Below, one piece after another: positions 34,879 through 37,580 of a DNA stretch of 37,580 nucleotides; position 1 is the stretch's first letter, and each line of letters starts with the position of its first letter. The position numbers were made by a program, and so were the translations under genes. Location: the IMG/VR virus record IMGVR_UViG_3300021560_000038, positions 1-37,580 of that record. One strand, 5' to 3'. Below the pieces are notes generated by a model, which ran no database searches, was not told the DNA's origin, and was given only the letters and a program-made list of their open reading frames with translations. The stretch is from a virus. Taxonomy: Duplodnaviria; Caudoviricetes.

Positions 34879-35721
34879 TTAGGGGCCGGGAATGAAGTGG
34901 CCGTGGCCGAGGATGGCGATCGGGTAGGGTAATGGCGGCTCGGTTCCGGTCGCCCGGCGCCACCACTCGTCGTGAAGGTGGCTGAGGAAGAGCTTGACGG
35001 CGTAGCGGCGCGCTCGGAGGTCGAGGTGGCCGGGACTGAGGATGCCTTTTTCGTGATAAGGTTTGCGTTCCTTGTTGGGTCGGTCTTTGTTGATGGGTTG
35101 CGCGAGTTTCTTGTCGGCAATGTGTTTGAATAGGCCGGCTTCGTTCCGGCTGACCTCTAATGCCTTGCGCTCGCGGTAGATTTTGCCATAATAGCATTGG
35201 TCTTCGTTAGAGAATTTGACGAATGAGTCGCCGGTCTTCCAGCAGAGGGTCTTGAGGCTGGCGTTCCACGGGCGCTTCGTCTTTTTAATCCAGGGTTTTT
35301 GACCGTCGGCGGCGAGTCCCGCAAAGGCCCAGATGTGGCCGACGGTGGGTGCCTTGTGAATATCTATATTGGCGAGTAAGCCGGCGGTGATGACGGGGCC
35401 GATGCCGTAAATGCCGCGCATCCAATCGCCCATGGGGTGGTGAGTCGTGTAGGCGTCAATAGCAGCGCGGACTTGTTTCTCTAACGTGCTGGTCTGGGTC
35501 GCCAGCCAGGAGATCAGCGAATGGGGTTCGTTGGCCTTGAGGAGGTCGCGCTCCTGACCTTTGGCGCGCTTGCGGTCCTCTTGGGTGATGTAGTAGTAAT
35601 CGACGAGGAAGCGCGCCTCAGCGTCGGTTAGCGTGATGGCCGCATCGCGGAGGTCGCGAGTTAGGCGCACGACTGAGGCGAGGACTTCGGGATCGCGGAA
35701 CTGGAGGTCATCGTCGGGCAT
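34879..35721 (-). CDS. tasA: TasA-like Nop-domain RNA-guided DNA-binding protein (IS110 C-terminal/Nop-related, no nuclease domain)
   Basis: 280 aa from MPDDD with AGGAG RBS. A coiled-coil is followed by 'MRGIYGIGPVITAGLLANID...GHIWAFAGL...WNASLKTLCW...YYGKIY...HLDLRARRYAVKLFLSHL', which resembles the IS110 Transposase_20/Nop region. No N-terminal DEDD RuvC and no HNH. Abuts the dual-repeat array. Confidence 0.8.
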   Translation of the reverse strand: MPDDDLQFRDPEVLASVVRLTRDLRDAAITLTDAEARFLVDYYYITQEDRKRAKGQERDLLKANEPHSLISWLATQTSTLEKQVRAAIDAYTTHHPMGDWMRGIYGIGPVITAGLLANIDIHKAPTVGHIWAFAGLAADGQKPWIKKTKRPWNASLKTLCWKTGDSFVKFSNEDQCYYGKIYRERKALEVSRNEAGLFKHIADKKLAQPINKDRPNKERKPYHEKGILSPGHLDLRARRYAVKLFLSHLHDEWWRRATGTEPPLPYPIAILGHGHFIPGP

Positions 35722-35723
35722 TG

Positions 35724-35930
35724 TTATTCTCCTTGTGGTTCGTTGAATGTTTCGGGTTGGGGTTCGAGGTCGGCGTCCCACCAGGAGAGGAGTTCGGCGA
35801 GGTCGCCGTCGCGGTCGATGTCTTTGGCCGTGTCGATTAGGATGATTTTCTTCTCGGTCCAAGGGACTGGGTCGGCGATTAGTTCTGCTATGGCGTCGAT
35901 GACGCGGGTGTAGATGTTGGTTGACGGCAT
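35724..35930 (-). CDS. Small acidic hypothetical protein directly upstream of the tasA-like gene
   Basis: 68 aa, coupled to both neighbours. Confidence 0.6.
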   Translation of the reverse strand: MPSTNIYTRVIDAIAELIADPVPWTEKKIILIDTAKDIDRDGDLAELLSWWDADLEPQPETFNEPQGE

Positions 35931-36232
35931 TAGATGTCTCCGATTTCAACTTCGATTACGGGGGTGGCTTTTCGCGACGCTCGCGCCTTGGCTGGTTGGG
36001 GTGCCTTGCCTGGAGTCTCGCCTGGCTGTGGTGCCTTGCTCTCGCCCAGCGGTCGGGTGATGTTTTGGAAGCTCTGGCTTAAGACCTTGATTTGGTGAAG
36101 GTAGGCGCTGACTTGGAATTCCGCCCGGTTGCGCTGATCGTAGAGGGACTCGACGAGGGTGAGGATGTTCTCGGTCTCGCCACGAGATATGTAGGATTGG
36201 ATGAGGTCGCGTGTTTCGGTTGGTAGGGTCAT
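35930..36232 (-). CDS. Hypothetical protein ending in ...VIEVEIGDI
   Basis: Start MTLPTE at 36232 (AAGGA RBS, ATGA overlap). Confidence 0.65.
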   Translation of the reverse strand: MTLPTETRDLIQSYISRGETENILTLVESLYDQRNRAEFQVSAYLHQIKVLSQSFQNITRPLGESKAPQPGETPGKAPQPAKARASRKATPVIEVEIGDI

Positions 36233-36519
36233 TTCGAGTCCTTTTTGTGGTCGATGTAGAGATCGCCGGAGAGGAGGCCGACGGTGAGTCGCATTCTTTC
36301 CTCTTCGGGGCGGAATGGGTCTTTCGATGCGTTGTAGATTACGTAGCAGTCTTGTTGGGAGAGTTGGGGCGTGTGGCGATATTCGCGCATTGCCCCGGAG
36401 ATTAGGCAGATGTTGTCGCGATGACGGCGGTATTCGCTGTCGATGTGCAGGGCGACTGTGAGCGCGACGCCGAGTGTGGCGGCCATAACGGTTGGGATGG
36501 CGAGGTGTCGGATTTTCAT
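36229..36519 (-). CDS. Hypothetical membrane-anchored protein
   Basis: N-terminal hydrophobic segment 'LAIPTVMAATLGVALTVAL'. GGAG RBS. Confidence 0.6.
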   Translation of the reverse strand: MKIRHLAIPTVMAATLGVALTVALHIDSEYRRHRDNICLISGAMREYRHTPQLSQQDCYVIYNASKDPFRPEEERMRLTVGLLSGDLYIDHKKDSK

Positions 36520-36530
36520 TGAAAGTTCTC

Positions 36531-36806
36531 CTATTCGACGACATGCCAGAGAAATGACTTCCAGCGGTCGCGGCAGGGGATGATCTCGCGGCGGAACAGA
36601 TCAACACGGTCGGTTATTAATGTGACTGTGCGGATGCGGTGGTGGCCGGTTTCATCAAACAATAAATTGTCGCCGTCGCCGTATTTTGCCGTGATGGCGA
36701 TGGCATTGGTGTCGGATGCGGGGCGGCACTGATCGTAGCGCAGCATGTCGAGAGGGAACTCGCCGGTGCCGCGAACGGTGAAAGTTACACTTTTTTTAAT
36801 CGCCAT
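36531..36806 (-). CDS. Hypothetical phage protein
   Basis: Start MAIKKSVTFTVRGTGEFPLDMLRYDQC, overlapping the upstream ORF. Confidence 0.6.
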   Translation of the reverse strand: MAIKKSVTFTVRGTGEFPLDMLRYDQCRPASDTNAIAITAKYGDGDNLLFDETGHHRIRTVTLITDRVDLFRREIIPCRDRWKSFLWHVVE

Positions 36807-37107
36807 TGTGAGCCTTCCGTAGGCGGGCGAGTTCATCCTGATACTTACAGCGGTGATTGCCCCATTCATCGCCGTAGCCACTGTGGCATTGGTCGGCGGC
36901 AAGAGCGAAATTCTCTTGCTGCAACCGGGCGTTCTCGGCCTGGAGGGCGGTTGTGGCAAAGGCTACAATCTTCGCGCGGTCTGCACATAGTTGGTAATGA
37001 GATTGGGTTGGTAATATACCCTGCGACATACAAGCACACTTTCCGTATACACTTGCGCAAGCTTCCATCGTGAGACGGGCGATATCCTCGGTTGATAGGT
37101 CGGTCAT
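36796..37107 (-). CDS. Hypothetical Cys-containing protein
   Basis: Start MTDLSTE at 37107. Coiled-coil segment plus Cys residues. Confidence 0.5.
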   Translation of the reverse strand: MTDLSTEDIARLTMEACASVYGKCACMSQGILPTQSHYQLCADRAKIVAFATTALQAENARLQQENFALAADQCHSGYGDEWGNHRCKYQDELARLRKAHNGD

Positions 37108-37147
37108 AGTCCTAGGTCTTCCAATGAGGGGCGGATGAGATGGAACC

Positions 37148-37474
37148 TCAGGTTTCGATTTCGAGTTCTCTACGGGCGACGAGCGCGGCCTGAGTGCGTT
37201 CGAGGCCGTCAGGATCATACTCGTCAAGCAGGAACCGAATGAGGGTTTTGTAGTAGAGGGGACTTGGGTTCTGAGTGAAGGTGAAGCCGGTAGAGAACCG
37301 CCGGTTCTCTCTGACGGAGGCGATGGCTTCCAGCGCGACGGCACCGACGATGCCGAGGGCGAAGATGTAGCGGGAGTCGACGGGCCTGGTGTCGCCGATC
37401 GGGTAGGTATCGTATAGGGTTTGCCGGATTTCTTGGAAGAAGGTTTCGACGTCGGAATTGGTTGTTATCTTCAT
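37148..37474 (-). CDS. Hypothetical protein
   Basis: 108 aa with AAGGA RBS. Confidence 0.6.
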   Translation of the reverse strand: MKITTNSDVETFFQEIRQTLYDTYPIGDTRPVDSRYIFALGIVGAVALEAIASVRENRRFSTGFTFTQNPSPLYYKTLIRFLLDEYDPDGLERTQAALVARRELEIET

Positions 37475-37580
37475 GGGGAGTTCCTTCTGTCTCGTGCTTT
37501 GAGTTCGTATTTGCCGACGGGCGGATCGAATACCACGAAGTCGAGGCTTTCGTAGGAGTCGGGCGATTTTGGACGCTTGA

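Noticed and set aside
33502-34932. ORFs on both strands across the array (GTL..GSL / RVP..SEP periodic peptides)
   Set aside because: These are by-products of a 36-nt period. Frames are broken by non-triplet insertions in the edge repeats and they lack RBSs.
34879-35949. IS110 transposase or insertion sequence, and the 356-aa ORF call
   Set aside because: There is no N-terminal DEDD RuvC domain or SG catalytic motif. The gene is embedded in a coupled phage operon. The extension above 35721 overlaps another gene, and the RBS supports the 35721 start.
1-37580. tRNA genes, integrase or att sites
   Set aside because: None were recognisable by eye, so temperate versus lytic lifestyle cannot be decided from this window.

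Overview
This is a fragment of a tailed (siphovirus-like) dsDNA phage or prophage genome. The host is probably an alphaproteobacterium, inferred from the GTA-like DUF2460/DUF2163/NlpC/tail-tip module and a class II RNR. Bases 1-16217 (+) encode head-tail joining, tail, tail-tip, fibre and lysis genes. A bidirectional terminator at ~16235-16290 separates them from a convergent minus-strand arm. That arm encodes a B12-dependent RNR, a DUF3987-like ATPase, a split family-A DNA polymerase (UDG-like/exonuclease gene plus polymerase gene), a ParB-methyltransferase fusion, an SSB/AAA/PD-(D/E)XK recombination module and many small early genes. The standout feature is at 33060-35721 (-). A 280-aa nuclease-less Nop/IS110-C-terminal-like protein is followed immediately by a ~34-unit dual-repeat array with a 36-nt period (two alternating 10-nt repeats, each followed by an 8-nt variable spacer), then a small ORF and a 3-unit satellite array. 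This matches a TIGR-Tas (TasA-type) RNA-guided DNA-targeting system. All family calls come from motif recognition by eye, not database searches.
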